Part shown: piece by piece, positions 1 through 9,600 of the stretch
How positions within the stretch are numbered: position 1 is the stretch's first letter
Layout: the number at the start of each line of letters is the position of its first letter
Origin: Candidatus Sumerlaeaceae bacterium
GTDB taxonomy: Bacteria > Sumerlaeota > Sumerlaeia > Sumerlaeales > Sumerlaeaceae
DNA: 51,352 bases
NCBI GenBank assembly: GCA_051003195.1
Contig: JBPCLP010000036.1
Span: 1-51,352 of the forward strand
Direction of reading: 5' to 3'
Translations under genes and position numbers: made by a program
The notes under the pieces: generated by a model
Database searches by the model: none
What the model saw: the letters and a program-made list of their open reading frames with translations, nothing else
What the model was told of the DNA's origin: nothing

Positions 1-68
1 CGCTTTGGGTAGCGCAAGGCTCGAGTATTTGCCCGGGGCTTCCAGGACTGATTGAGTCTTCTTCTCGC

Positions 69-91
69 AGCAGGCTGGAAGCCTGCTCTAC
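69..91 (-). repeat. GTAG-type REP-like palindrome
   Basis: Minus strand reads GTAG-AGCAGGCT-TCC-AGCCTGCT: a GTAG foot followed by a perfect 8-bp stem, extragenic and downstream of mcsB. Confidence 0.55.
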
Positions 92-221
92 CGCGCAAGA
101 TGCGCGAAAGAAAAGTTCTGGGCGAAAGCTGGTCCAACTCGCAGGGATGCGTAAAAGGAAATGCCCGGGTTATCTGGCACGATGGTGGAAATCATTAACC
201 GCGAGAAAACGGAGGAGAAGC

Positions 222-1280
222 CTAATTTTGGGCTGTGTGATCTGCCAGACGCCGCCGTAGCAGATCGGCACGCAGCACATCGCGTGCTTCCACACCGATG
301 GCTGCACCTTGCGCTACCTGCAGATGGCCCGGCTGCACTTCAATGATCAGCTTGTTCAGCTCGGCATGCCCCAGCCGTCCAAAGTAATTCCGGTCGATGC
401 CATACCGCAGGCGGCTCAGTAACTGTACCGCCTCCTGGCTGGTAATGACGCGCGCATTTCCCAGAACACCCCACGCCCGCCAGAGTTCGTCTTCCACCAC
501 GGTCTTGTTCTGCTCGAACAGAATACGCCGTGCCTGCTCTTCGCGCTCAATCACCTGCTCGACCTTGGCGGTCAGCGCCTGGACAATTTCCTGCTCGCTT
601 CGGCCGAGCGTGACCTCGTTGCTGATCTGGAAAAAATCCCCGGAGTTCTCCGAGTTTTCCCCGTAAAATCCTCGCACCGTCAGTCCAAGCGGGGGCATGC
701 TCTTGATGATTTCCTGCATCAGCCTCTGGGCCGACAATCCCGGCAGGTGTAACATCACGCTCGCGCGCAGGCCTGTCCCGGTATTGGTGGGACACGCCGT
801 CAGGAATCCAAACTGTGGCGAAAACGCGAATCGCAACTGTTGCTCCAGCTCGTCCTCCAGCGTCACGAGGCGGTTCAAAACTTCCGGCAATTGAAAACCC
901 GCCTCAAGCGCATACATGCGCAGGTGGTCTTCCTCGTTCACCATGACCGCGAGCTTTACGTCTTCACTGAGGAAAATGATACGGCTGATGCCGCCTTTCT
1001 CCATTTCCGCGGAGATGAGATGATTCTCTTTCAGGTAGTTGCGTTCAATCGCATGGATCTGCGTCAAATCGAACGACATCCCATTGCGGAAATGTGCGTT
1101 CTGGGTGATTGCCGCCGATACCCGGTCGGCAACGCTGCGCAGTTCCTCCGGACGCGCGCGCATTGGAAAGGGAATGCGTGGCAGATTGCGCGCATAGCGT
1201 GCGCGGCTCGATACGACCACGTGCTCTTCGGGACCAGTACGATCCAGCCACTGGTCGCTCTTCCTGACCTTTTCGTCCAT
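222..1280 (-). CDS. mcsB: Protein arginine kinase McsB
   Basis: ATP:guanido phosphotransferase motifs VVVSSRARYARN, MVNEEDHLR, LTACPTNTGTGLRASVMLHLPG, FQISNEVTLG; lies directly downstream of mcsA. Confidence 0.95.
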   Translation of the reverse strand: MDEKVRKSDQWLDRTGPEEHVVVSSRARYARNLPRIPFPMRARPEELRSVADRVSAAITQNAHFRNGMSFDLTQIHAIERNYLKENHLISAEMEKGGISRIIFLSEDVKLAVMVNEEDHLRMYALEAGFQLPEVLNRLVTLEDELEQQLRFAFSPQFGFLTACPTNTGTGLRASVMLHLPGLSAQRLMQEIIKSMPPLGLTVRGFYGENSENSGDFFQISNEVTLGRSEQEIVQALTAKVEQVIEREEQARRILFEQNKTVVEDELWRAWGVLGNARVITSQEAVQLLSRLRYGIDRNYFGRLGHAELNKLIIEVQPGHLQVAQGAAIGVEARDVLRADLLRRRLADHTAQN

Positions 1281-1314
1281 TTACAGCCTGACTAGTCCAT
1301 GTTCAAATGGGGAA

Positions 1315-1854
1315 CTATGCAGCGGGGCCGGGCTCGGTTGCAACGTTGCTTTCAATACCACGCAACTCGTCCCGAAGTTTTGCAGCAAGCTCGAAATCCT
1401 CTGCCTTTACTGCATCATTGAGCCGCTTCTTAATTTCCTGCGGGCTGCGCTGCACCAGGAACTGCGCCGGCGCATCGTTGGGAACACGGCCACGATGAAC
1501 CGTGCTGCCGTGGAATTTGCGCAGGTCGGCGGTCAGTTGTTTCTCGAAGCTTTCGTAGCAGTCACTGCAACCCAGCAACAGCGTTTCCCGGTACGAGCCG
1601 TACGGAAGCCCGCAAGTGGCACAAGTCAGGTCAGCCCCGGATATCTTTGCCGCTCCCTCCGATTTCGCCTGGCCCAGGATGCCAGCCAGGATCTCGTCCA
1701 GTTGCGGCGGAGTCAGTTTCTTCTGGTAGGGACTTTGTTTACCGGCGCAGTCCGGGCACAGGTGCAGTTCCTCCACTTTGCCCTTGATAAGCTTGGTGAA
1801 TTTGACTTTAGCCTCGTTCTGCTTACAGCTGCTGCACGGGCGCTTTTCAAGCAT
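1315..1854 (-). CDS. mcsA: McsA, activator of McsB (CxxC motifs plus UvrB/UvrC motif)
   Basis: Four CxxC motifs (CSSC, CPDC, CATC, CSDC), HGSTVHRGRVP and C-terminal EDFELAAKLRDELR; ATG at 1854 chosen over the adjacent TTG. Confidence 0.92.
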   Translation of the reverse strand: MLEKRPCSSCKQNEAKVKFTKLIKGKVEELHLCPDCAGKQSPYQKKLTPPQLDEILAGILGQAKSEGAAKISGADLTCATCGLPYGSYRETLLLGCSDCYESFEKQLTADLRKFHGSTVHRGRVPNDAPAQFLVQRSPQEIKKRLNDAVKAEDFELAAKLRDELRGIESNVATEPGPAA

Positions 1855-1987
1855 CAACGCTGGACCTCGACAGATTTCATACTAGCTGTGGCCTACCGTC
1901 ATTTCGCAATCACTGAAGTATGGTACAATTCCGCTGCAATATTCTGGCCACAAAGTCGGACGTCATTTGCCCCACGCCTGGCATTGG

Positions 1988-3112
1988 TTAAATCAGCGGC
2001 AGGTTAGCTTGAGCATTCAATGTCAAATCGCACCCATGGTCCATATCGCGGAAGTGGTACGCCAGGCCTGCAATCATGGCTGCATTGTCGGTACACAGGG
2101 CACGTGGTGGCCACACCGCCACGATTCCAGCCGAAAGGTATTCCGCGGTCGCCTCGCGCAGCCGCCCATTGCACGCCACCCCGCCTACCAGCGCGAGCTG
2201 CTTACAATTGTTCCGCTCCAGCGCCATGCCGGCTTTGCGCAATAAAACCTCGACCACGGCTTCCTGGAACGACGCGCAAACGTCAGCAACGACTTGCGCA
2301 TCTGCGCTGACGGCTTCCGCTCCTCCGAGGTCCTTCACCAGCTTCAGCGCGGCCGTCTTCAATCCGCTGAAACTGAAGTTCAGGTCCTGGTTGCCACGAC
2401 CGAGCATTGGGCGCGGAAGGACATACTTACGTCTGTCGCCGTTTCTGGCCGCGCGTTCCACGAGCGGGCCACCGGGATAGCCAAGCCCAAGAAGTTTCGC
2501 CAGTTTATCAAACGCTTCCCCGGCAGCATCGTCGATGGTTTCGCCAAGCAGTTCAAACCGCTTTGGTGAATGCACCAGCACGAGGCTGCTGTGCCCGCCC
2601 GATACCACAAGCCCGACATAGGGGAAGCTGAGTGGTTCAGTCGCGGCGCCCTCGCCCTGCTGTTCGCTGACGACTCCAGAACTGTGTACGCTCACGCCGT
2701 CGACATGCGCATCGAGCAGCTCCAGCCGGTGAGTGTCGCCGTTGCCGTGCACGAACGGCGAATAGAGATGCCCGGCAATATGATGTACCGGGATCAGTCG
2801 CTTTCCCGATGCGAACGCCAGCCCCTTTGCGGTTTCAACGCCCACGAGCAGCGCGCCCACAAGGCCCGGCCCCAGCGTTACGGCAATCGCATCCACGTCG
2901 TGCAGGCGCAGTTGGTTGCGCACCAGGCAATCGTCGACCATCGGCACGAGTCGCTGGATGTGTGCCCGGCTGGCCAGCTCCGGCACGACTCCGCCAAATG
3001 CCGCGTGCATTTTCACTTGCGACGCTACGTCGTTGGCGAGAATCCGGTGTCCGTTCTCCACCAGCGCCACGGAAGTTTCGTCGCAAGAGGTCTCAATACC
3101 GAGGATCAGCAT
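1988..3112 (-). CDS. tsaD: tRNA N6-threonylcarbamoyladenosine synthesis protein TsaD
   Basis: ILGIETSCDETS, GGVVPELASRAH, HHIAGH, VSGGHS, TIDDAAGEAFDK, FSFSGLKT, GGVACN, CTDNAAMI. Confidence 0.97.
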   Translation of the reverse strand: MLILGIETSCDETSVALVENGHRILANDVASQVKMHAAFGGVVPELASRAHIQRLVPMVDDCLVRNQLRLHDVDAIAVTLGPGLVGALLVGVETAKGLAFASGKRLIPVHHIAGHLYSPFVHGNGDTHRLELLDAHVDGVSVHSSGVVSEQQGEGAATEPLSFPYVGLVVSGGHSSLVLVHSPKRFELLGETIDDAAGEAFDKLAKLLGLGYPGGPLVERAARNGDRRKYVLPRPMLGRGNQDLNFSFSGLKTAALKLVKDLGGAEAVSADAQVVADVCASFQEAVVEVLLRKAGMALERNNCKQLALVGGVACNGRLREATAEYLSAGIVAVWPPRALCTDNAAMIAGLAYHFRDMDHGCDLTLNAQANLPLI

Positions 3113-3249
3113 GCTTCACACAATTGGTAAAGCTTATGCTCTATTCATGAGTTTTGCCACCCGAGCATGATATCTGGAATGAAAATGAACAGTGAATCCA
3201 TAGCAAACGCCCCGCGGAAACGTGAATTACAAAAGGCAGGCTCCTGCCG

Positions 3250-4392
3250 ATGAGAGGTTCCATTCGCCTTGGCACTATTCTCGGCATCGGCGTTTACCTT
3301 CACGTCACATTCCTTCTGCTGCTGGCCGTTTTCGCGTGGTCGGAGTGGCACTCGTCCCGCCAGATTTCCGCAGTCATCGGTACGGTTGTTTTTATATTGG
3401 CGCTGTTTGGCTGCGTTTTGCTGCATGAATTCGGACATGCGCTGGCAGCCCGACGCTACGGCATCAAGACGCGCGATATCACCATGCTGCCCATTGGAGG
3501 AATCGCGCGGCTTGAACGAATGCCGGACGACCCGATCGAGGAACTGATTGTTGCGGTGGCGGGGCCGGCGGTAAATGTCGTCATCGCGTTTGTCCTGTTT
3601 GGCGTGCTGATCGCCATTTATGGTCTTCAGCCAATCCTTGGCGCTGTCTATCCGCTGCAGGCGATGTCGGGTAACATGCTTCTCGACCTCGCGAAAGTGA
3701 ACCTCGCCCTGGTTTTGTTCAATATGCTTCCGGCCTTCCCGATGGATGGCGGTCGCGTGGTGCGTGCGTTGCTCGCCACCCGGATGGCGTACGCCAAGGC
3801 CACCGCCGCCGCAGCCCGGCTTGGACAGGGAATGGCAGTGCTGCTCGCGCTCGACGGCTTTGGCTGGATCGATTTCATTGGCGGTGCCGGTGGTAATCCA
3901 GTCCTCGTTCTCATCGCAATCTTCGTCTGGATTGGAGCTGGACAGGAGTCTGGCGCTGCCCAGCTCAAGTCCACACTGGGCGGAATTCCTGTAGCCGATG
4001 CGATGGTTACCGATTTCCGAACACTGGCGCCTGACGACCCGTTGACGCGCGTGGTCGATTTAATCCTGGCCGGTTCGCAACACGATTTCCCGGTAGCGGC
4101 AGATGGCGGCCAGAACGTCCTCGGCATCGTCACGCGACGCGATCTCATGAATGCATTGGCGAATGGTGGCCCGCCAAAGACCGTCCGGGAAATCATGCGC
4201 CATCCCGGCATATGCGACGCAACCGATAGCCTCGAGGTTGTTTTCCCACGACTTCAGGATGACGACTGCCACATGCTGCCGGTCATGAGCCGCGGACGGC
4301 TGGTTGGCCTGCTCACCACGGAGAATATTGGTGAGTACGTCATGATTGCCAGCGCACTGGGAGGACGCAAACTCGAGCGCAAATCCGCCTGA
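3250..4392 (+). CDS. Site-2 protease (M50) with C-terminal CBS pair
   Basis: HEFGH zinc motif, VAVAGPAVN, FNMLPAFPMDGGR, several TM helices, two CBS-like repeats. Confidence 0.93.
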   Translation: MRGSIRLGTILGIGVYLHVTFLLLLAVFAWSEWHSSRQISAVIGTVVFILALFGCVLLHEFGHALAARRYGIKTRDITMLPIGGIARLERMPDDPIEELIVAVAGPAVNVVIAFVLFGVLIAIYGLQPILGAVYPLQAMSGNMLLDLAKVNLALVLFNMLPAFPMDGGRVVRALLATRMAYAKATAAAARLGQGMAVLLALDGFGWIDFIGGAGGNPVLVLIAIFVWIGAGQESGAAQLKSTLGGIPVADAMVTDFRTLAPDDPLTRVVDLILAGSQHDFPVAADGGQNVLGIVTRRDLMNALANGGPPKTVREIMRHPGICDATDSLEVVFPRLQDDDCHMLPVMSRGRLVGLLTTENIGEYVMIASALGGRKLERKSA

Positions 4393-4394
4393 CG

Positions 4395-5729
4395 CTACTG
4401 CCCGGCGGCGGCCACTTTGCCGGATGCTGCAGATATGCGCAACAAGGCCGCCCCTCCCGGCGGAAGCCGGATTGAGAACTTTGCAACGCCTCCCTCAGTC
4501 TTGACGTCAATGGGCACATCCACAATGAGATCGCGCAATTCTTTGGGCGCGGTGCTGGCATCCTCGAATTCGCCGTCAAAGCTCGCGCTGCGCAACACGT
4601 CCTGGTTCACGACAAACGCATAACGGTTGCCTTTCCGCATCGCGGCGTCGCCCGCCTCCTCAAACGACTGCACATCAAATGCATCGCGCGCTTTGACCAG
4701 CGTGTCCGATGTGCGCTCGATGCGCAGCAGCAGCGGGGATAGTCGTTTCAACGTGCGGGCGAGGTCCGCGGCTTCTCCATAAATAGGGTGCGGGGCCATC
4801 TCTAAATCGACCAGACCCTGCAGGCGCTCCTGCTGGGTGTAGGAGTTGTGTAGAAAAAAGAAGATGCCTTTAGCGTTATGCGCCACGGACAGCCACGTCA
4901 TCAGGCGCAGCTCGGCTTGTGTTGGATAACGCAGTCCCGTGGTGGTGTCCATCGCGCACGATTGCACCACCATCCAGTACGGAAGTTTGCCTGCGTGGTG
5001 ATCCAGCTTATCCAGCAGGGATCGGAACGGAGTGAAGTCATGATCGCCCGGTTTCGAAGGCTTCCGCAGCGGATACCGATCGAAGACGATCATCTGCGTG
5101 CCCATGGCCGTGGTACGCGCAAGCTCCTCCTCAAAGCACAGGCAACTAAACGAGGGATGGGCGGGGTCAAGCTTCTCCAGCACGCGGTTCACGAGGGCGA
5201 AGTTTTCGAACAGGTTTGCCGGCGGTTCGTCGAGCACCTGGTAGCAGAAGAGCGATTTGTGCTTTCGGATCTCACTGGTCATGGCATCGCAGTACTTTAG
5301 TACTTCTGCCTCGTCCCGCACCATATCCGGGGTGCGCACGCTATGCCGCCCGCCCCATTCCGGATATGCCAACTCGACCAGCTCCAGCACAATTTTGACG
5401 CCGACCTGGTCCGCGACACTTAGCAGCGTTTCGCGATAGTCAGGCGGGGTGTTCGGTATCACCACTATCTCGATGCCGTGGTCACGGATGTCCTGGAAGT
5501 TACGTTGATAGTACTCCTTCGCCGCTTTCATCTCCTTCGGCACATTGTGGTAGCCTTCGGGACAGTTGATACCCTCGACGCGACCATCGAACCAGACGCC
5601 GATCGGAAACTGGCGGCTCATGAGATTCCGGCCAACGTCTTTGGTGTCGCTACCTGTATCCTGCCCTGTTGCGACACCGGGTAGGGCTGCCAACAGCAGG
5701 AAAGTGCCAAGTGCGAGGCGAAGACTCAT
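4395..5729 (-). CDS. Secreted glycoside-hydrolase-like TIM-barrel protein
   Basis: Signal peptide; FPIGVW, VLDEP, FDRYP and PTQAELRLMTWLSVAHNAKGIFFF motifs; C-terminal beta-sandwich-like tail; paralogous to 12602-13852. Confidence 0.6.
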   Translation of the reverse strand: MSLRLALGTFLLLAALPGVATGQDTGSDTKDVGRNLMSRQFPIGVWFDGRVEGINCPEGYHNVPKEMKAAKEYYQRNFQDIRDHGIEIVVIPNTPPDYRETLLSVADQVGVKIVLELVELAYPEWGGRHSVRTPDMVRDEAEVLKYCDAMTSEIRKHKSLFCYQVLDEPPANLFENFALVNRVLEKLDPAHPSFSCLCFEEELARTTAMGTQMIVFDRYPLRKPSKPGDHDFTPFRSLLDKLDHHAGKLPYWMVVQSCAMDTTTGLRYPTQAELRLMTWLSVAHNAKGIFFFLHNSYTQQERLQGLVDLEMAPHPIYGEAADLARTLKRLSPLLLRIERTSDTLVKARDAFDVQSFEEAGDAAMRKGNRYAFVVNQDVLRSASFDGEFEDASTAPKELRDLIVDVPIDVKTEGGVAKFSIRLPPGGAALLRISAASGKVAAAGQ

Positions 5730-5985
5730 GGTTCATACCGTCCAGGGAAGAGATTGTAGACCAGCGGATGCTACTGCGGAAAACCGGCTGATCCAGCGAA
5801 AAGAGAGCTCAACCGGTGAACGCCTGATGCATGCGGTGGCTTGTGTTTGGGCTGCCCAGTCTACTCTGGGAATGAAGGTCCTTTGAATGCAAACAGTTTG
5901 ACCTCCATAACAGGGCTGTCGCGCCTAAATCCGCGCGCTCGCAAATCTCCGGGCGCGAACTTTGTTAGCATATCGGAATACAAAG

Positions 5986-6585
5986 ATGCGCAACCCTTTC
6001 AAAACGACCAAAAACGCAATGAACGCTGAAACCGAACCATCTCATTTAGAGCGAACCGATGCTGCAGATGAAGCCACGGCCGACGTTACGGCTGAAGGTA
6101 ATGCCTCGGAACAGAGTGCTGTCGATATCCAGGACATGCAGGACACTGGCGACCCGGCTGCCGCTGCGACTCAAAAGCTTCTCCGGCTGCAGGCTGACTT
6201 CGACAACTTCCGCCGCCGCAATGCCTCCGCTAAGCAGGAAGCGCGTGACGAAGCGCGACGTGAATTGCTGGACTCGCTGCTGCCGATTTACGATAACTTT
6301 CTGCGGGCGATTGAGCACGCCGACATCGAGGAGGACTACTCACCGTTCCTGAGTGGCATCCACGGGATCCGGCAGCAGTTCGAAGATTTCTTCCGCCGCC
6401 AGGGAATGGAATGGATCGACGCGGAACCGGGTGCTTTGTTCGATCCCAACCTGCATGAAGCGACCGGCGCACTGCCCGGCACACCCGAACAGGATCATAC
6501 GATAGCCAAAGAACTGCAGAAGGGTTTTTCACACAAGGGGCAGGTGGTCCGCCCCTCTAAGGTGCTGGTGTATACAGGCGGATAA
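5986..6585 (+). CDS. grpE: Nucleotide exchange factor GrpE
   Basis: LRLQADFDNFRRR, LLPIYDNFLRA, FDPNLHEA, LQKGF...VVRPSKVLV; start uncertain (5986 or 6019). Confidence 0.93.
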   Translation: MRNPFKTTKNAMNAETEPSHLERTDAADEATADVTAEGNASEQSAVDIQDMQDTGDPAAAATQKLLRLQADFDNFRRRNASAKQEARDEARRELLDSLLPIYDNFLRAIEHADIEEDYSPFLSGIHGIRQQFEDFFRRQGMEWIDAEPGALFDPNLHEATGALPGTPEQDHTIAKELQKGFSHKGQVVRPSKVLVYTGG

Positions 6586-6615
6586 GAATGGTTCCGGCAG
6601 CAGTTCGCGGAGAAA

Positions 6616-8100
6616 TTAACGGCGCTCGCGCCCAAACAGGCGCCGCGACAAATCCGTCTGCAGCAGATTCTCGGGATCGCAGCGGCGCTTCAGGGCGGCG
6701 AACTTCTCCAGCGTTTCATCGCCGAAGAAGCGGCGCATCACATCGGGTGTCAGGGTTGCGTCTTTCGCAAAGTAGAACCGTCCGCCGGTATCCAGTACAA
6801 TCTGGTCGAGCTTCCGCGTCATCTGCCACACGCGCTCCCTGTTGGCGCTGGTGACACGAAAATCCATGGCCATCGAGTACCCGTCCAGCGCATGTGTCAG
6901 CAGGAAGTCGTCCTCCCGGTGTTTCTTAAATACGCCAAGGTACGACGGCAAGCCCGCACGCTGGGAGACGCGTAGCATTTCTTCGAACGCAGCTACCGCA
7001 TTCTGCTTTGGAATGAAGCTCTGGTACTGGATCAGCCCGCCTTTGCCGTACGCGAGTTTCCAGTTGGGCACGTAGTCCAGCAGGAATGCGAATCCGCCAT
7101 GGCTCTGGTAGTGTACCCAGCTTCGCGGCTGCAAATGGCCGCTCCAGATCTTCGCCGCGTTGATCAACCGCACACCCAGGTTATTGATAAAGGGCGTCAT
7201 GAAATAATGCAGCATGCTCTTCGGCATCATGCCCAACATTTTTGTCGGTAGCTCCTGCGCCGCGAGATTCAGTGTGTCCGCGGGCCGCTGATCGACACCC
7301 TGGGCAAGGTAATGCGCGGCATGTACGATGCCGCGTCCCAGCGCGCGACCACCCGCTACACAATCCACCCAGCCAACGAGGTAGTCCATTCGATCAACGC
7401 GTTCCTCAAACTCCTCCACCATCTCCGCGAGGTTCGCAGTGCCTAATGCCTCCACCGACACGAGCCCGCTGTAGACCTTCTTCATCTGCAGCGTGATGCT
7501 GGTAAATGATCCAAGCATGCCAAAGCCGCTGATCGCTCCGTAGAACAGGTCGGGGTCACTTGTGCGCGTTACGCGTCGCAATTCGCCGGTGGGCAGCAGC
7601 AACTCGAACTCGACGATATGGTCGCCGTACGGGCCCACCTTATAATTGTTCTTACCGTGGATGTTCATCGCCGCGCATCCGCCCGCCGTTGTGTACATTG
7701 TGCCGGACACCACGGGCGGCCACCAGCCGTCGGCAATGATGGTGCGCCATAGTTTCTGGATCGTCACGCCTGGTTCCAGCGTGATTCTGCCGGTCTCCGG
7801 GTTCCACACAAGTACCCGGTCCATTTTTGCCCGGTCGAGAACCACCCCTTCCTGCAAAATCGATGCATCGCCGTAGCTGTTGCCGCCGCCGCGCAGCGCC
7901 ACGTGCCGGCCTGTGCGGCGCGCCAGGTCGAAAACCTCGCGAATGCCGTCCACCGTGGTCGGCTGGTACTGGTAGCTTATTGAGTGCACCGCGCCGCCCC
8001 AGCCCTCCACTTTGGCCAGGTAGCGGGGCGCAAGCTTAAGATCGCTCGCGTGCTGCGCCGGAGTTTCGTGCAGGTCCTTTATCTGGGGCAACAACGACAT
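6616..8100 (-). CDS. dprE1: FAD-binding oxidoreductase, decaprenylphosphoryl-ribose 2'-oxidase (DprE1)-like
   Basis: RGGGNSYGD, PVVSGTMYTTAGG...NIHGKN, YLVGWVD, YGKGGLIQYQ, GYSMAMDF, GGRFYFAKD, DPENLLQTDLSRRL; starts 10 bp after the SDR gene. Confidence 0.8.
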   Translation of the reverse strand: MSLLPQIKDLHETPAQHASDLKLAPRYLAKVEGWGGAVHSISYQYQPTTVDGIREVFDLARRTGRHVALRGGGNSYGDASILQEGVVLDRAKMDRVLVWNPETGRITLEPGVTIQKLWRTIIADGWWPPVVSGTMYTTAGGCAAMNIHGKNNYKVGPYGDHIVEFELLLPTGELRRVTRTSDPDLFYGAISGFGMLGSFTSITLQMKKVYSGLVSVEALGTANLAEMVEEFEERVDRMDYLVGWVDCVAGGRALGRGIVHAAHYLAQGVDQRPADTLNLAAQELPTKMLGMMPKSMLHYFMTPFINNLGVRLINAAKIWSGHLQPRSWVHYQSHGGFAFLLDYVPNWKLAYGKGGLIQYQSFIPKQNAVAAFEEMLRVSQRAGLPSYLGVFKKHREDDFLLTHALDGYSMAMDFRVTSANRERVWQMTRKLDQIVLDTGGRFYFAKDATLTPDVMRRFFGDETLEKFAALKRRCDPENLLQTDLSRRLFGRERR

Positions 8101-8110
8101 CAGGCGTTCT

Positions 8111-8863
8111 TCAGATATCCAGTTTCCTGAATACAAATGAAGGAATACTACTGATCACCGCAGAGACCAGGGCCCAGCGTCGGGGCACGTACACCGTGCC
8201 GCTGCTGTGTTCTGCGGCTTCCGTAATGCGCCGTGCAGCTTCTTCCGCCGAGATCATCCACAACAGGTTGCCCATGCCGGCAGTCATGGCGGTTTCGACA
8301 AAACCCGGCTTGATCGTTACCACACGCACACCTGCGCCTGCCAGCCGGTTTCGGAGCGCTTCCAGGTAAATGGCTTCCGCGCCTTTGCTGGTGTTGTAGA
8401 CAGGATTGCCTTTGCGCCCGCGATCCCCCGCGATCGACCCGACACCGACGATCACGCCAGCTTTCAGCCGCGAAAAAAACTGTGCGGCCTGGTTTAGCCA
8501 CGCGATCATTCCCAGCAGGTTTACTTCCACCATCTGTCGGTCTTTTTCAAAATTGTATTCATCAGGCGCGACCTTCGGCATCACACTGGCCACGTAGAAG
8601 ACGTGCGTCAGCCCGCCCATGGTTTCCACCGCACGATCGAAAAGTTCAGGTATCTCGTCGTAATCGGTGACGGAGTGAGGAAACACGTACGCCAGCTCGA
8701 CTTCCGCGCGCTGATTGATCCCATCCGCAAGGCGACGCAATTCTTCTTCGCGACGCGCAAGAAGGGCCACCTTGAAGCCTTTGCGTGCGAGCCTGCGGGC
8801 AAGCGCCTCACCGATGCCCGACGATGCCCCGATCACAAGCGCACATCTGTCTTCGAGTTTCAT
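8111..8863 (-). CDS. dprE2: SDR oxidoreductase, DprE2-like
   Basis: GASSGIG Rossmann motif, SIAGDRGRKGNPVYNTSK (YxxxK), KPGFVETAMT; adjacent to the DprE1-like gene. Confidence 0.75.
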   Translation of the reverse strand: MKLEDRCALVIGASSGIGEALARRLARKGFKVALLARREEELRRLADGINQRAEVELAYVFPHSVTDYDEIPELFDRAVETMGGLTHVFYVASVMPKVAPDEYNFEKDRQMVEVNLLGMIAWLNQAAQFFSRLKAGVIVGVGSIAGDRGRKGNPVYNTSKGAEAIYLEALRNRLAGAGVRVVTIKPGFVETAMTAGMGNLLWMISAEEAARRITEAAEHSSGTVYVPRRWALVSAVISSIPSFVFRKLDI

Positions 8864-9026
8864 TTCCGCCTTTAATCTACAAAATCAGACGCCCGGATAT
8901 ACAGATCCCATGCTGGGGAAGTTCATATAGTTTTGCAGTCCGGGCAATGCAATTCTGCCGCCGGTGCTCGAATTTGCCTGCTATAACCGGTCTTTTTGGC
9001 GGCGTTCTCATTGAGCTTAATCTGCG

Positions 9027-9593
9027 TCACGGCGCAACAAAATCCTGAGCGCGGAAAACGTCGCCCGCGCTGACGGTCCCGTTGGTTGCATCGTACAGCA
9101 CCCAGTCCGGCAGCAGCGGATCCCCGCCGACGAACAGCTGTGGAGTGAATCCGCGGTAAATGCCCTGCGTGTTCGGCTTCAAATCAGGTCCATTGCTGCC
9201 CAGGCTCCAGACGTGTGCCGGGTCGGGTGGAATGGGGTAGGACGAATAATGATACGTCTTTCGACCCTCCGGCGGCATCAGCACCTCGGGCTCGCGGGAT
9301 GGCAGAAACGGGTCGGCCGGTAGGCTGGTAAGGTACGCCACGGGTGTTGTAAGCGGCTTGAGTAGCCAGGCGCCGCCTGTGTCGATGTCCTCTGGCGCGG
9401 GAATAACTTCGGGATAACGCCGGTGGTCGGCGTGGAATGTTTCCAGCGCCCCGGCGATCACCCGCTCGTCGTTCTTCGCCCGGGCGACTTTGGATCGCGT
9501 CTGCGCCTCCAGAAGCGTCGGGATCGCGATTGCCGCAAGGATCGCAATGATGGCCACCGTCATGAGCAACTCGACCAGCGTGAAGGCACGCAT
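9027..9593 (-). CDS. Prepilin-type N-terminal cleavage/methylation domain protein (pilin/pseudopilin-like)
   Basis: Start reassigned to ATG 9593: MRA|FTLVELLMTVAIIAILAAIAIP class III signal; LTTPVAYLTSLPADPF; C-terminal YDATNGTVSAGD. Confidence 0.88.
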   Translation of the reverse strand: MRAFTLVELLMTVAIIAILAAIAIPTLLEAQTRSKVARAKNDERVIAGALETFHADHRRYPEVIPAPEDIDTGGAWLLKPLTTPVAYLTSLPADPFLPSREPEVLMPPEGRKTYHYSSYPIPPDPAHVWSLGSNGPDLKPNTQGIYRGFTPQLFVGGDPLLPDWVLYDATNGTVSAGDVFRAQDFVAP

Positions 9594-9600
9594 GGGTCTG

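Noticed and set aside
5960..5990. CIRCE element upstream of grpE
   Set aside because: Only a partial TTAGCA half-site, with no GAGTGCTAA arm at 9-bp spacing
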